Below, one piece after another: positions 1-8,439 of a stretch of DNA of 32,000 bases. The stretch comes from an uncultured Chloroflexia bacterium (GTDB lineage: Bacteria; Chloroflexota; Ktedonobacteria; Ktedonobacterales; JADMIN01): the NCBI GenBank assembly GCA_963718915.1, contig CAVRAI010000007.1, positions 240,001-272,000 on the forward strand, in the 5' to 3' direction. Position 1 is the stretch's first letter, and the number at the start of each line of letters is the position of its first letter. Under the pieces are notes generated by a model. That model saw nothing but the letters and a program-made list of their open reading frames with translations, did no database searches and had not been told where the DNA came from. The translations under genes were made by a program, and so were the position numbers.

Positions 1-498
1 GCCACGGCTGCCGGAGAGACGTAGCGGCTTGACCACACAGGGGTAAGTCACCCGCAGCGCGATCTCGTGCGGGTCAGCGGTCAGGGGGAAGCGGCGGAAA
101 ACGGGCGAAGGTACACCCGCCGCCGCCATCAGCCGACGCATCACACCCTTATCGCGCGCCGCCTCCGCCGCCTCAGGTGGATTCCACGGCAGCCCCAGCG
201 CCGCGTTGGCCCGCGCGGCGAGGATGGTGGCGCTGTCGTCCACCGGCACGATGGCATCGAAGGGCTGGCGCGCGTGCGCCTCTTTGAGCGTGGCGACGGA
301 TGACTCGATATCGGCGAAGTCGAGCGCGAGCTGCACGCCCCACTCCTCAGCCACCGCCTTTGGCAAGTCCAGCCCGCGAATGACCTCGGTGTCGAGGTGT
401 TGCGCCGCGTCGAAGTACGCGCCCGCGCGGTAGGTGGCGGGCGTCATCAGCAACAGCAGGCGCTTTCGGCCGGGCGTCTGTATCTCGTCTGAAGCCAT
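1..498 (-). CDS. ATP-grasp domain protein, N-terminal 166 codons (gene continues past window start)
   Basis: Absent from the ORF track because it runs off the edge. Manual minus-strand translation from the ATG at 498..496 gives MASDEIQTPGRKRLLLLMTPATYRAGAYFDAAQHLD...ARDKGVMRRLMAAAGVPSPVFRRF...YPCVVKPLRLSGSRG. This shows the pre-ATP-grasp region and the start of the ATP-grasp fold (DK..R..L..AGVP.P.F, VVKP....GS.G). A GGGAGGG RBS lies just upstream. Confidence 0.75.
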   Translation of the reverse strand, partial: MASDEIQTPGRKRLLLLMTPATYRAGAYFDAAQHLDTEVIRGLDLPKAVAEEWGVQLALDFADIESSVATLKEAHARQPFDAIVPVDDSATILAARANAALGLPWNPPEAAEAARDKGVMRRLMAAAGVPSPVFRRFPLTADPHEIALRVTYPCVVKPLRLSGSRG

Positions 499-542
499 CT
501 GTACCCTCCCATATATGAGCGCTGCGAACGCGAGCGAGCCAT

Positions 543-742
543 GCGGCTAAAGCCGCGCCTAAGGGACACGCTTGCGTGTCCACAAAGCCTGCCTCCGCAG
601 GCTCCAGAGAAGCGCTCGCCAGGATTAGCCGTGCCTAATGTCGTTTAACATGTTGTTCGGGTAATCCATGAGGCGCGTCTGCCTCTGGTGAGCCCGCGCA
701 GGCGGGCTTGGCGGCGCAGCCCTTAGACGCGGCTTTAGCCGC
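543..742. repeat. Composite hairpin (REP/BIME-like) intergenic repeat, copy A
   Basis: The outer arms gcggctaaagccgcgcctaaggg (543-565) and cccttagacgcggctttagccgc (720-742) are inverted repeats with 1 mismatch. The arms themselves consist of short GC hairpins (ggacacgc-tt-gcgtgtcc, agcctgc-ctcc-gcaggct, gcccgc-gcag-gcgggc). It belongs to the same family as 6520-6690. Confidence 0.8.
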
Positions 743-770
743 CAGACGTCGGCCATCGTACGATGCTATT

Positions 771-1538
771 TTACCCCGCCTTGACGCAGGTGGTCGGGTC
801 AGCCGCGCTAGCGACCGCAACCGCAAGCCACCAGGTCTGTGTATCGAGCGGCGCAAACGCGATGCCGCTGCCCGTCGTAGCTCCGCTGGCAATCGCGCCG
901 CTGGCGAGCGTGCTGCCCTGGCATCCGCCGCTATGGATACTCCACTGGGCGGGCTGTTTCGTCGTCGGCGCGTCCAGCGAGACATGCACCTGCGTGATGA
1001 CGATGCCCTCGAAGAGCGCGATCCCCAGGCCAACGCCCTGGTCTACCTTGTCTGGCTCGTAGAGATCGAAGTACTGGCGCAGATTATTGAGCGGATGCCC
1101 GCAGGCGGTGACGGTGGCATTGGGCGCGGCGGATTGCAGCATGACCACATACCAGTTCGCGTCCACAGGCAGCGCGACGTTGGCGCCTTTATCGGAGGCG
1201 CCCTGCACCGCCACAGTTGAGCCGTCTGTTGGCGCGTTCGATGTCAGCGGCGCGACCACCTTGCCATAGCAGCCGCCTTCACGAAGTTGCGCGGGTGTCT
1301 GTGGGTTATCATAAGGCACGAGCGCGCCGTGCATATAGACGACGACATGCGCGCCATAGGCTGGCGTGAGCGTCGCCTGACCGAGCGTCGTGGCGTTGCC
1401 ACTGGCGCTGAGTGTCACCTGCACGGGCTTGCCCAGCGCGGGCGGGCTGCCCTGTGGGCCACAGGCAGAGAGCGCCAGCACGGCCAGCGTAGCGAAGAGA
1501 ACCCACCAGCGTCGTGTGAAGTGATTTGGATATCTCAT
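771..1538 (-). CDS. Secreted lipoprotein, unknown function
   Basis: 255-aa ORF with signal peptide and lipobox (WWVLFATLAVLALSAC). Third-position GC bias is typical of coding sequence here. Its ATG overlaps the stop of the upstream DUF512 gene (ATGA, 1535-1538). Confidence 0.75.
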   Translation of the reverse strand: MRYPNHFTRRWWVLFATLAVLALSACGPQGSPPALGKPVQVTLSASGNATTLGQATLTPAYGAHVVVYMHGALVPYDNPQTPAQLREGGCYGKVVAPLTSNAPTDGSTVAVQGASDKGANVALPVDANWYVVMLQSAAPNATVTACGHPLNNLRQYFDLYEPDKVDQGVGLGIALFEGIVITQVHVSLDAPTTKQPAQWSIHSGGCQGSTLASGAIASGATTGSGIAFAPLDTQTWWLAVAVASAADPTTCVKAG

Positions 1539-2956
1539 AAACCGCCTATCGGCACACTATCAGGCATCGCGACGGCAAGTCCGGCCAGTGTACGTATCGC
1601 CTCAGCCATCTCATCCGCCGTGCGGGCAAAGGTGACGGGTGCGGGCGCCTGGGCGCGAAAATCTTCCACTGTCACATCGTCGAGAAAGCGCTTGCCCGCA
1701 TTATCAAGCATCACACGTGGCAGCAGCAGCAGGTCATCACCAGCGAAGTCGCCGCACTGCTCCCGCACCTGATCCAGCACATCCTGCCCGCAGAGCAGCC
1801 CCGCCACAGTCACGATAGGCCCGAAGAAGCGGTTTTCTATCGGCATCACCCGCACCTCTATATTGCCGATGCGGCGCAGGTCGCGCGCCATCCGTTCGAT
1901 GATGGGCCGCGCCATCGCACTGGTGACAATCCCGACGCGGCGGGGCGCGGGCAGCGCTTCAGGCAGCGTCTTACGGGTGGCGCGCCAGTCATCCAGCAGC
2001 TTGCGCGTCATGCCGACGCCGTTCTCAATCTGGGCGTAGCTGCCATAGTGGCGCGCGGGTGGGAAGGAATGCTTCGTCACGTAGTACCACTCATCCGAGA
2101 GATAGACGAACGGCATACCGCGCGCGCCCGGCTCGGCGGCGAATTGGCGCTGCCAGCGTTCGACACGCGCCATCACGTCTTCGGCCTCATCGACGCGGAA
2201 GGAGCGCATCTGCGGCAGCCCCTCGGTCTTGAGCATATTGTTGTATTTCGTCAGCCCGACCGGCACGGCGGAGATGGATTCGACGATGGGCCGCAGCGCC
2301 GCCAGGTCACCGATGCTGCGCTCCAGCTCGTCGCCGTCGTTGATTTCGGGGCAGAGGACAAGCTGGGTATGGCAGGTGATGCCGAGATCGCCCAGACGCC
2401 GTATTTGGTCGAGTATCTCGCCAGAGCGCGGGCCATCCACCATCTTGCGGCGCAGGTCGGCGTTGGTCGTATGTACCGAGACGTAGACCGGGCTGAGCCG
2501 TTGCTCTTCCAGCCGCCGCCAGTCGGCCTCTTTCAGATTGGTGAGCGTGATGAAGTTGCCGAAGAGGAAGCTGTAGCGGTAGTCGTCGTCTTTGATATAG
2601 AGCGACTCGCGCATGCCCAGCGGCAGGCCGCGCTGGGGCTGGTGGCGCTCAGGCAGTCCCTTGATGAAACAGAAGACGCACTTGTTGGCGCAGATGCGGA
2701 TGAAGGGCGCAGGCTCCTCGCCGAAACGGATGCCCATCTCGTCGTCGGGCGCCTTCGCCACCAGCACAGTCCGCGCGCGTCCGTTGCGCTCGATGCCCAG
2801 CAGCAACTCTTCCTCGGCGGCGTAGAACTGGTAGTCCAGCAGGTCGCGCACGGGATTGTCATTGATCGTTCGTAAGAGATCGCCCGGCTGAATGCCCGCG
2901 AGATCGGCGGGACTCTCCGGCACGACCTCGCGCACCCACCCATAGAGCTTTGGCAT
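1535..2956 (-). CDS. PDZ domain plus DUF512 (radical-SAM-like, TIGR03279-type) protein
   Basis: 473-aa ORF. The N-terminal PDZ-like region reads SPADLAGIQPGDLLRTINDNPV. It is followed by the Cys cluster CANKCVFCFIKGLP and a long conserved C-terminal DUF512-like region. Confidence 0.85.
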   Translation of the reverse strand: MPKLYGWVREVVPESPADLAGIQPGDLLRTINDNPVRDLLDYQFYAAEEELLLGIERNGRARTVLVAKAPDDEMGIRFGEEPAPFIRICANKCVFCFIKGLPERHQPQRGLPLGMRESLYIKDDDYRYSFLFGNFITLTNLKEADWRRLEEQRLSPVYVSVHTTNADLRRKMVDGPRSGEILDQIRRLGDLGITCHTQLVLCPEINDGDELERSIGDLAALRPIVESISAVPVGLTKYNNMLKTEGLPQMRSFRVDEAEDVMARVERWQRQFAAEPGARGMPFVYLSDEWYYVTKHSFPPARHYGSYAQIENGVGMTRKLLDDWRATRKTLPEALPAPRRVGIVTSAMARPIIERMARDLRRIGNIEVRVMPIENRFFGPIVTVAGLLCGQDVLDQVREQCGDFAGDDLLLLPRVMLDNAGKRFLDDVTVEDFRAQAPAPVTFARTADEMAEAIRTLAGLAVAMPDSVPIGGL

Positions 2957-3164
2957 TGTCTCTCAAAGTCCTAAACGCAACGGAATATCTCAGGCGAAGA
3001 GTATCGCGCCGATGATGTCCTCAAAATGTCTTCCGAAATGTATGCTCAACCCTCAAGTATAGCCGCCTTGCGCCGCGCGCGTCAAACCACATCCACCAGG
3101 GCGCCCAAAAATTTCGCAAGGTTCATGGTGGTACGCGCGACTATCTATCAGGAGGGTACAATCG

Positions 3165-4388
3165 ATGCTAGCCAACCCAATACATGATGAGATATGCACC
3201 GGAAGTGAAGAAGCGCTGATGCCGCTCGCCAGCCAGATAGAAGCCCTGTTCAGCCGCGCCGAACCGCGGTTGCAGCGGCTCGCCCGCGCGCGGCAGGTTG
3301 CGCCCGACGCGATAGACGATGTGATCCAGGAAACGCTGCTGGAAGCCTGGAAATCGCTGGAGCAGTTGCGTGACGAGGCGCGCTTCGCCGCCTGGCTGGA
3401 TGGTATCTGCCGCAATGTTTGTCTGCGCTACCAGCGCAGGCAGGGCATCCTGCGGACGCGCGAGACGCCATTGTATCCCAGCGAGAGCGAGCCTGACGAT
3501 GAATCCACGCTCGCAATACAGCTTGCCGACCCCGATAGCTTCGACCCCGCCGAGGAGCTGGGTCGCCACGACATGACCCTGCTGCTGGATCGCGCGCTCG
3601 GCTATCTCTCGCCGGAGAGCCGGACGGCGGTGGAGCAGCATTACCTGGCGGAGATACCACAGCGGGAGCTTGCCGCGCGAATGGCTCTCTCGCTGAGCGC
3701 GCTGGAGGCGCGGCTGCATCGCGCGCGTGGCCAACTGCTGCACACGCTCAGTCACGACCTGCGCGAAGACGCCCTCGCGCTGGGGTTGGCGATTCTCCCC
3801 GCCGATGCCGTTGGCTGGCGCAAGACTCAGATTACCTGCTATTTGTGCGGTCGGGTGCGCATGGAAGGCATGTTCGAGCCGATGGCTGGCGGGCGCGTTA
3901 ATATGCGGCTCCGCTGCCCCGCCTGCCAGACGGAGGAGATCAACACGCTCGGCCTGGTTGAGTTGGCGCACGCGCGCTCCTTCTTGCCAGCCACAAAAAA
4001 GACGGTTCACCAGATTGGGCAAACCATCCTGGATGCGCTGCCATCTGGCAAGATCGTCGTGCAGTGCTGGGTATGCCAGCGGCCTACCACATTGCGCGTG
4101 ATGCGTGACGCCGACTTCACTCCCGAATTCAGCATGCGGACCTGGCTTCAATCGAGTTGTGGATGCATAACGTCGGGCGTCTTTGCCATATCGCCCTACG
4201 GAGCGCTTCCAGAGGTTCGCGATTTCATCTTCGGAACCAGCGCCATCATCATTCTGCCTGAGGTCGAGATGACGTATGCCGGGCAATGCGCGCTCCGCTT
4301 TGGCGCGCTCAGTCCCGCTGACGGGCGCCATCTGTATGTCTACGCCGATTTCCAGACGCTGCTGCCGCTCGCGGTCATCACCGAGTAG
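3165..4388 (+). CDS. ECF (sigma-70 family) RNA polymerase sigma factor with ~210-aa Cys-rich C-terminal extension
   Basis: AGGAGGG RBS 8 nt upstream of the ATG. Sigma-2 region: DDVIQETLLEAWKSLEQLRDEARFAAWLDGICRNVCLRYQRRQ. Sigma-4 region: AVEQHYLAEIPQRELAARMALSLSALEARLHRARGQL. The extension carries CYLC...CPAC and CWVC...CGC motifs. Confidence 0.85.
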   Translation: MLANPIHDEICTGSEEALMPLASQIEALFSRAEPRLQRLARARQVAPDAIDDVIQETLLEAWKSLEQLRDEARFAAWLDGICRNVCLRYQRRQGILRTRETPLYPSESEPDDESTLAIQLADPDSFDPAEELGRHDMTLLLDRALGYLSPESRTAVEQHYLAEIPQRELAARMALSLSALEARLHRARGQLLHTLSHDLREDALALGLAILPADAVGWRKTQITCYLCGRVRMEGMFEPMAGGRVNMRLRCPACQTEEINTLGLVELAHARSFLPATKKTVHQIGQTILDALPSGKIVVQCWVCQRPTTLRVMRDADFTPEFSMRTWLQSSCGCITSGVFAISPYGALPEVRDFIFGTSAIIILPEVEMTYAGQCALRFGALSPADGRHLYVYADFQTLLPLAVITE

Positions 4389-4448
4389 GCTCGGTTCACT
4401 GCTATCTCATCACGTTATCTAAACTCGTCATTGGGAGGACTGTGCTCT

Positions 4449-5810
4449 ATGTCTGCGCTAGAAACCCCGTCGGAGACCACTACGCCAGCCCGCGGGTCCG
4501 GGCCGCTCATCAATCGCAACTTTGGCTTTCTCTGGGCCGGGCAATCCATCTCCTATATTGGCGACGCGCTGCTCGATTTCACCTTCGCGCTCTGGATCGC
4601 CTTCGATCTCGGACGCGGACAATCGTGGGCGCCGCTTGCGGTGAGCGGTGTGCTGGCCGCCTCGTCGGTGGGAACGCTCGTCATCGGCCCCATCTCAGGC
4701 GTATTTGTGGACCGCTGGGATAAGCGCCGCACGATAATGGCGGTCATCCTGGCCCAGGCGATCCTGACCGCCGCGCTGCTGCTCTTTGCTGACCTGACGC
4801 CGCTGCCATTCTTCCCCGGTGGCCATCCCTCGCTCGTCATGAAGCTGGTGGCGCTCTATGTCGTCATCTTCCTCGTCTATGGACTCGCGCAATTCGCCCG
4901 CGCGGCGCGCACCGCACTCATCGGCGATATCGTGGCCGAGCCTGACCAACCGCAGGCGAGCGGACTGATCGAGACGGTGGCGGGCCTCTCGTTCATCATC
5001 GGCTTCGGCGTCGCGCCGCTGCTCTTTGTGCCGTTCGGCATTGGCGTCGCGCTCATTGTCGACGCGCTCTCGTTTGTGGTCGCCTTCCTCGCGATTCGGG
5101 CGGTTCACGCGCCGCCATCGGCGCACAGTGTGAAGCACGGCGAGCGCGGCAACGTCAGACGCGAATTCGTCGATGGATTGCGCTTCGCGCTCGGCAATCT
5201 CGTGACGCGGACGCTGCTCATTACGCTCGTGATCGTCCTGTTTGGGTCGGGCGCGATCAATGCGCTCTTTGTCTTCTTTGTGGCGCAAGACCTGCATGCC
5301 TCAGAGCAGATGATAGGGCTTTTCCCGGTCGTGCTTGGCGTGGGGGCGGTACTGGGATCGCTACTCGGCGGGGTGCTGGCGAAGCGCATCGGCCTGGTGC
5401 GTATCTTCTGGGGGTCCGTCGTCGTCGTCGGTATCGCCGCGATAGTCCTTTCGCGGCAGACCGCGCTGATCCCTGGCCTCGTCTGCGCATTTCTGGTTGG
5501 CATTCCTAACGGCTCGCTCAATGTCGCGCTGATGCCGCTGGTGCTGCGCGTCACGCCAAAGGAGATGGTCGGGCGCGTCATGAATGTGATCGAGCCAGCG
5601 ATGACCGTCGCACAGGTGACCTCCATCGCCATCTTCGGGACGCTCGCCAGCACGGTCTTCGCCAGTTTTCACGCCAGTCTACTGGGGCAGGCGTTCGACG
5701 CCTACGACGCGCTCATTCTGCTTACGGGGCTGCTCTGTCTGCTGGGGGGTGTGATTGCCTACACGAGCCTGCGCCGCGTCGACCTGACTCCCAGCGCCAC
5801 GACGCCATAA
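4449..5810 (+). CDS. MFS transporter (12-TM type, EntS/macrolide-efflux-like)
   Basis: The ORF 4431..5810 is hydrophobic throughout with a DRWDKRR loop motif after TM2. I prefer the ATG at 4449, which has a GGGAGGA RBS 10 nt upstream. Confidence 0.85.
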   Translation: MSALETPSETTTPARGSGPLINRNFGFLWAGQSISYIGDALLDFTFALWIAFDLGRGQSWAPLAVSGVLAASSVGTLVIGPISGVFVDRWDKRRTIMAVILAQAILTAALLLFADLTPLPFFPGGHPSLVMKLVALYVVIFLVYGLAQFARAARTALIGDIVAEPDQPQASGLIETVAGLSFIIGFGVAPLLFVPFGIGVALIVDALSFVVAFLAIRAVHAPPSAHSVKHGERGNVRREFVDGLRFALGNLVTRTLLITLVIVLFGSGAINALFVFFVAQDLHASEQMIGLFPVVLGVGAVLGSLLGGVLAKRIGLVRIFWGSVVVVGIAAIVLSRQTALIPGLVCAFLVGIPNGSLNVALMPLVLRVTPKEMVGRVMNVIEPAMTVAQVTSIAIFGTLASTVFASFHASLLGQAFDAYDALILLTGLLCLLGGVIAYTSLRRVDLTPSATTP

Positions 5811-6292
5811 AGGCTGTATTCGCGCGCATCCACTTGCATCCAGGTCATCGATGTCACGAAGGCCATCCGCAGAGAACAGGACGATTCTCCCACTGTCGCC
5901 GGTACGAATGGCTGCCTGTTTTGACGAGCGAGGGGCGAGACTCTACCAAAGAATCAGGCCTAGTGCCCCAGCTTCTGCAATGGGGATGAAAGCCCGGTCG
6001 CCCTCAGGCGACAACAGTACCGTATACTTGATGCTTGCCTGCCTGCATGAGAAACTTTCTCGTGAACGGCATGACGGGGGCACCGCCAGCGCGTAAATGA
6101 TCGGTCCTCAAGGCTGGATACCGTTCTCCAACAGCCTTGCCGAGAGGGGTATCCCGCAAGGATGCCAGGTCGCGAGAAGCCCCGGCCGCAAAGCCAGGGG
6201 AGTTGTCACCATGAAGCGACGGGGAAGCGACGGGACGATGACGGATGGGGAAGCCCCAGCCAGAAAGCCAGCAACCGAAGGAGAATATGAGG

Positions 6293-6511
6293 ATGGCCAA
6301 GACGAAGTCCAGCAGCGCGAGCCACGAGATGAAGCATGTCGCCGCCGAGGGACACAAGGCGGCCAAGGCGGTGCGTAAGGTTGACAGCAGCGTCTACATG
6401 GCCGAGGTGCTGGCCAGTGGCAACCCGAAACGCATCCGCCGCTACTTCTTTCGCAAGTGGGCCTATAAGCTCTTTGGCAAATTCATGGGGAAGACGATTA
6501 ACAAGATGTAG
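6293..6511 (+). CDS. Small (72 aa) highly basic hypothetical protein
   Basis: Lies within ORF 6245..6511. A GAAGGAG RBS at 6277-6283 sits 9 nt before the ATG at 6293 (MAKTKSSSASHEMKH...RYFFRKWAYKLFGKFMGKTINKM). The strong G/C third-position bias supports this strand over the antisense ORFs. Confidence 0.55.
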   Translation: MAKTKSSSASHEMKHVAAEGHKAAKAVRKVDSSVYMAEVLASGNPKRIRRYFFRKWAYKLFGKFMGKTINKM

Positions 6512-6519
6512 AAGCGCGG

Positions 6520-6690
6520 GCGGTTCAAACCGCGCCTGAAGGGCCTCGCTGCGCTCCGCCACAAGACCCGCCTGCGCGGGTTTCTCCCAGAACTACCTGG
6601 TGTACCTATCGCTGGGCAGCGTCTGGTTCTGCAGAGTCCGCGCAGGCGGACTTGGTGGCCGCAGGCCCTTCAGGCGCGACTTCAGTCGCC
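6520..6690. repeat. Composite hairpin (REP/BIME-like) intergenic repeat, copy B
   Basis: Perfect 15-nt inverted repeat cgcgcctgaagggcc (6531-6545) / ggcccttcaggcgcg (6664-6678). Internal hairpins are acccgc-ctgc-gcgggt and gtccgc-gcag-gcggac. The right arm aligns closely with the copy A right arm (..ccgcgcaggcgg.cttgg.gg.gcag.ccctt.a..cgcg.ct.tagc/tcgccag). Confidence 0.8.
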
Positions 6691-6761
6691 AGCCATCCTG
6701 GCATACTCGACGATGGGCTAATGCTACATCCGCCGCCGCAACGCATATCACCATCACACCC

Positions 6762-7359
6762 CTACGCGGGCCAGCGGGGATCGCTGGGGATGAGGCTGAA
6801 GATTAGCGTGTCGCGCAGTTCGCTATCTGTGTGGGTGCGCAGTTCGTTGCGCAGATGAGCCTCGCGGACGAAGCCCAGCCGCTCAGCCACCGCCGCGCTC
6901 CGGGTGTTGCGCGCGTCGCAACGTATGAATACCCGCTGAGCGGCCAGCGATGTGAAGGCGAAGTCGGTCAGCAGCTTCACCGTCTCGGCGACGTAGCCGT
7001 GCCCCTGTGCGCTGGCGCGTATCCAGTAGCCAATCTCGAACGCTGGCACATCCCAGCCGCGAATATGCAGGCCTGAGCCACCCAGATAGCGCCCGCTCGC
7101 TAGCCTCGAAGATGCCCACGGTCGAGTCATCCTCGCGCAGCAGCCATTTCGCCTGGGTGCGCAGGATGAAGTCGCGCGTATCCTCAACTGTCTGGTGCTG
7201 ATCGCCCCAGGGCATCCACGGCCAGATGTGCTGGCGCGACTCGTCGATGGCCGCGAAGACCTCATCCGCATCCTCCAGCCGATAGGGTCGCACGACCACC
7301 AGCGGGCCGCGCAGCTCCTCGAAGAGCGGTATCAGTGTCGTGTGCCTGGCAAGCTCCAT
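6762..7359 (-). pseudogene. GNAT (RimJ/RimL-type) N-acetyltransferase, frame-disrupted near 7093-7110
   Basis: The N-terminal half is in the frame of ORF 6883..7422 (MELARHTTLIPLFEELRGPLVVVRPYRLEDADEVFAAIDESRQHIWPWMPW...STVGIFEA). The C-terminal half is in the frame of ORF 6762..7271 (SGRYLGGSGLHIRGWDVPAFEIGYWIRASAQGHGYVAETVKLL...RCDARNTRSAAVAERLGF). Together they form one canonical GNAT fold. Confidence 0.75.
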
Positions 7360-7488
7360 GGTCGATGGTCCTTTCGTCGGATCAATGAGTCCGATGATGT
7401 GCCGTATTCTATCGGGTATCATATGCTATCAGCCATTGAACCCGCATGTCCCTGTCCGCACTCATCTGATGGAATCGGAGCAACTATC

Positions 7489-8337
7489 ATGGATGCCAAA
7501 ACCATTGCCGCTGGGACGCTGGTGGCGCTGGAGGCGGGCCACTATACCGCGCTCGATGGCGCGACCGTTGCCATTCGCGATGCCCTTGCCGCCTGCGTGA
7601 GCAATACGCGCTACTACGAGCCTGACGATCTGGGCGAAATCCTCGATCAGGTGGTGGCACAGTCCGCCAATAGCGCAACGACCTTCGCTGCCGCGAACGA
7701 GACAACGCTCCAGGCATGCGCGCGGCTGGTTGAGAGTCAGCGATATCAGCGGATCGGCGTCCTCAATTTTGCCTCGGCGCGCAAACCTGGAGGTGGCTTC
7801 CTGAACGGCGCGATTGCCCAGGAGGAGAGCCTGGCGCGTAGCTCAGGTCTCTACCATAGCCTGCGTCAGTGCCCGCAATTCTACGAGTACCATCGCGCCC
7901 AGGACACCGCGCTCTACTCCGACCGCATGATTTACAGCCCCGGCTGTCCGGTGCTGCGCGATGACGAGGGCAACTGGCTGGCGCAACCATATCTGGTGGA
8001 CTTCATCACCAGTCCGGCGCCCAACGCGGGCGCGGTCACGCGCAATGAGCCAGCCAATCGCGGGCGCATCGTGCCAGTCCTCACCGAGCGGGCGGGCAAG
8101 GTGCTCGGTCTGGCCGCTCACCATCGGTGCGAGGCGCTGGTGCTGGGCGCGTGGGGCTGTGGCGTCTTCCAGAACGATCCCGCGACCGTGGCGCAGGTCT
8201 TCGCGAACTACCTCCGCCCAGATGGCATCTTCGGCGGACGCTTCCGCCATGTCGCCTTCGCCGTCTATGACAGATCGCGAACGCAGGATACTATTGGCGC
8301 ATTTGCGGCGCGTTTCGCCGACTTTCCCGGCGACTGA
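7489..8337 (+). CDS. Bacterial-type poly(ADP-ribose) glycohydrolase-like macrodomain protein (TIGR02452/DUF2263 family)
   Basis: Starts at MDAKTIAAG with a GGAG RBS about 9 nt upstream; the longer track ORF from 7195 overlaps the GNAT gene. PARG signature GGG-X7-QEE is present in NFASARKPGGGFLNGAIAQEESLARSS. Downstream family motifs are FITSPAPNAG and LVLGAWGCGVFQNDP. Confidence 0.85.
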   Translation: MDAKTIAAGTLVALEAGHYTALDGATVAIRDALAACVSNTRYYEPDDLGEILDQVVAQSANSATTFAAANETTLQACARLVESQRYQRIGVLNFASARKPGGGFLNGAIAQEESLARSSGLYHSLRQCPQFYEYHRAQDTALYSDRMIYSPGCPVLRDDEGNWLAQPYLVDFITSPAPNAGAVTRNEPANRGRIVPVLTERAGKVLGLAAHHRCEALVLGAWGCGVFQNDPATVAQVFANYLRPDGIFGGRFRHVAFAVYDRSRTQDTIGAFAARFADFPGD

Positions 8338-8439
8338 GCGAGCGGGAACCAGAATAGCATGCGCGCCGTCTAATTGTCAGTTCGCCTCGCATATCCCGGA
8401 GAATGCCTGAGTGTGATGTTGAGATACAGGAGTTGCGCA

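Noticed and set aside
3168-4331. 387-aa ORF antisense to the ECF sigma gene. Similar long shadow ORFs occur at 13035..14015 (-), 14915..15745 (-), 17034..17831 (-), 20236..20781 (-), 25555..26523 (+) and 23060..23755 (+).
   Set aside because: These are typical high-GC shadow ORFs. They are Arg/Ala/Pro-rich with low-complexity translations and no recognisable motifs, and each lies fully opposite or out of frame to a gene with clear family signatures.
5980-6010. The motif ggggatgaaagcccggtcgcc, which resembles the RNase P GGAAAGUCCGG core or a cobalamin-riboswitch segment.
   Set aside because: The other required conserved blocks are absent on either strand (RNase P P4 partner ACAGAA.CCGGCUUA; B12 box AGYCMGG.G.CCKGCC). 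The resemblance is too short to support a call.
7195-7488. N-terminal 98-aa extension of the PARG-like ORF.
   Set aside because: It overlaps the GNAT gene on the other strand and has no RBS. The internal ATG at 7489 has a GGAG RBS, and the family domain starts there.
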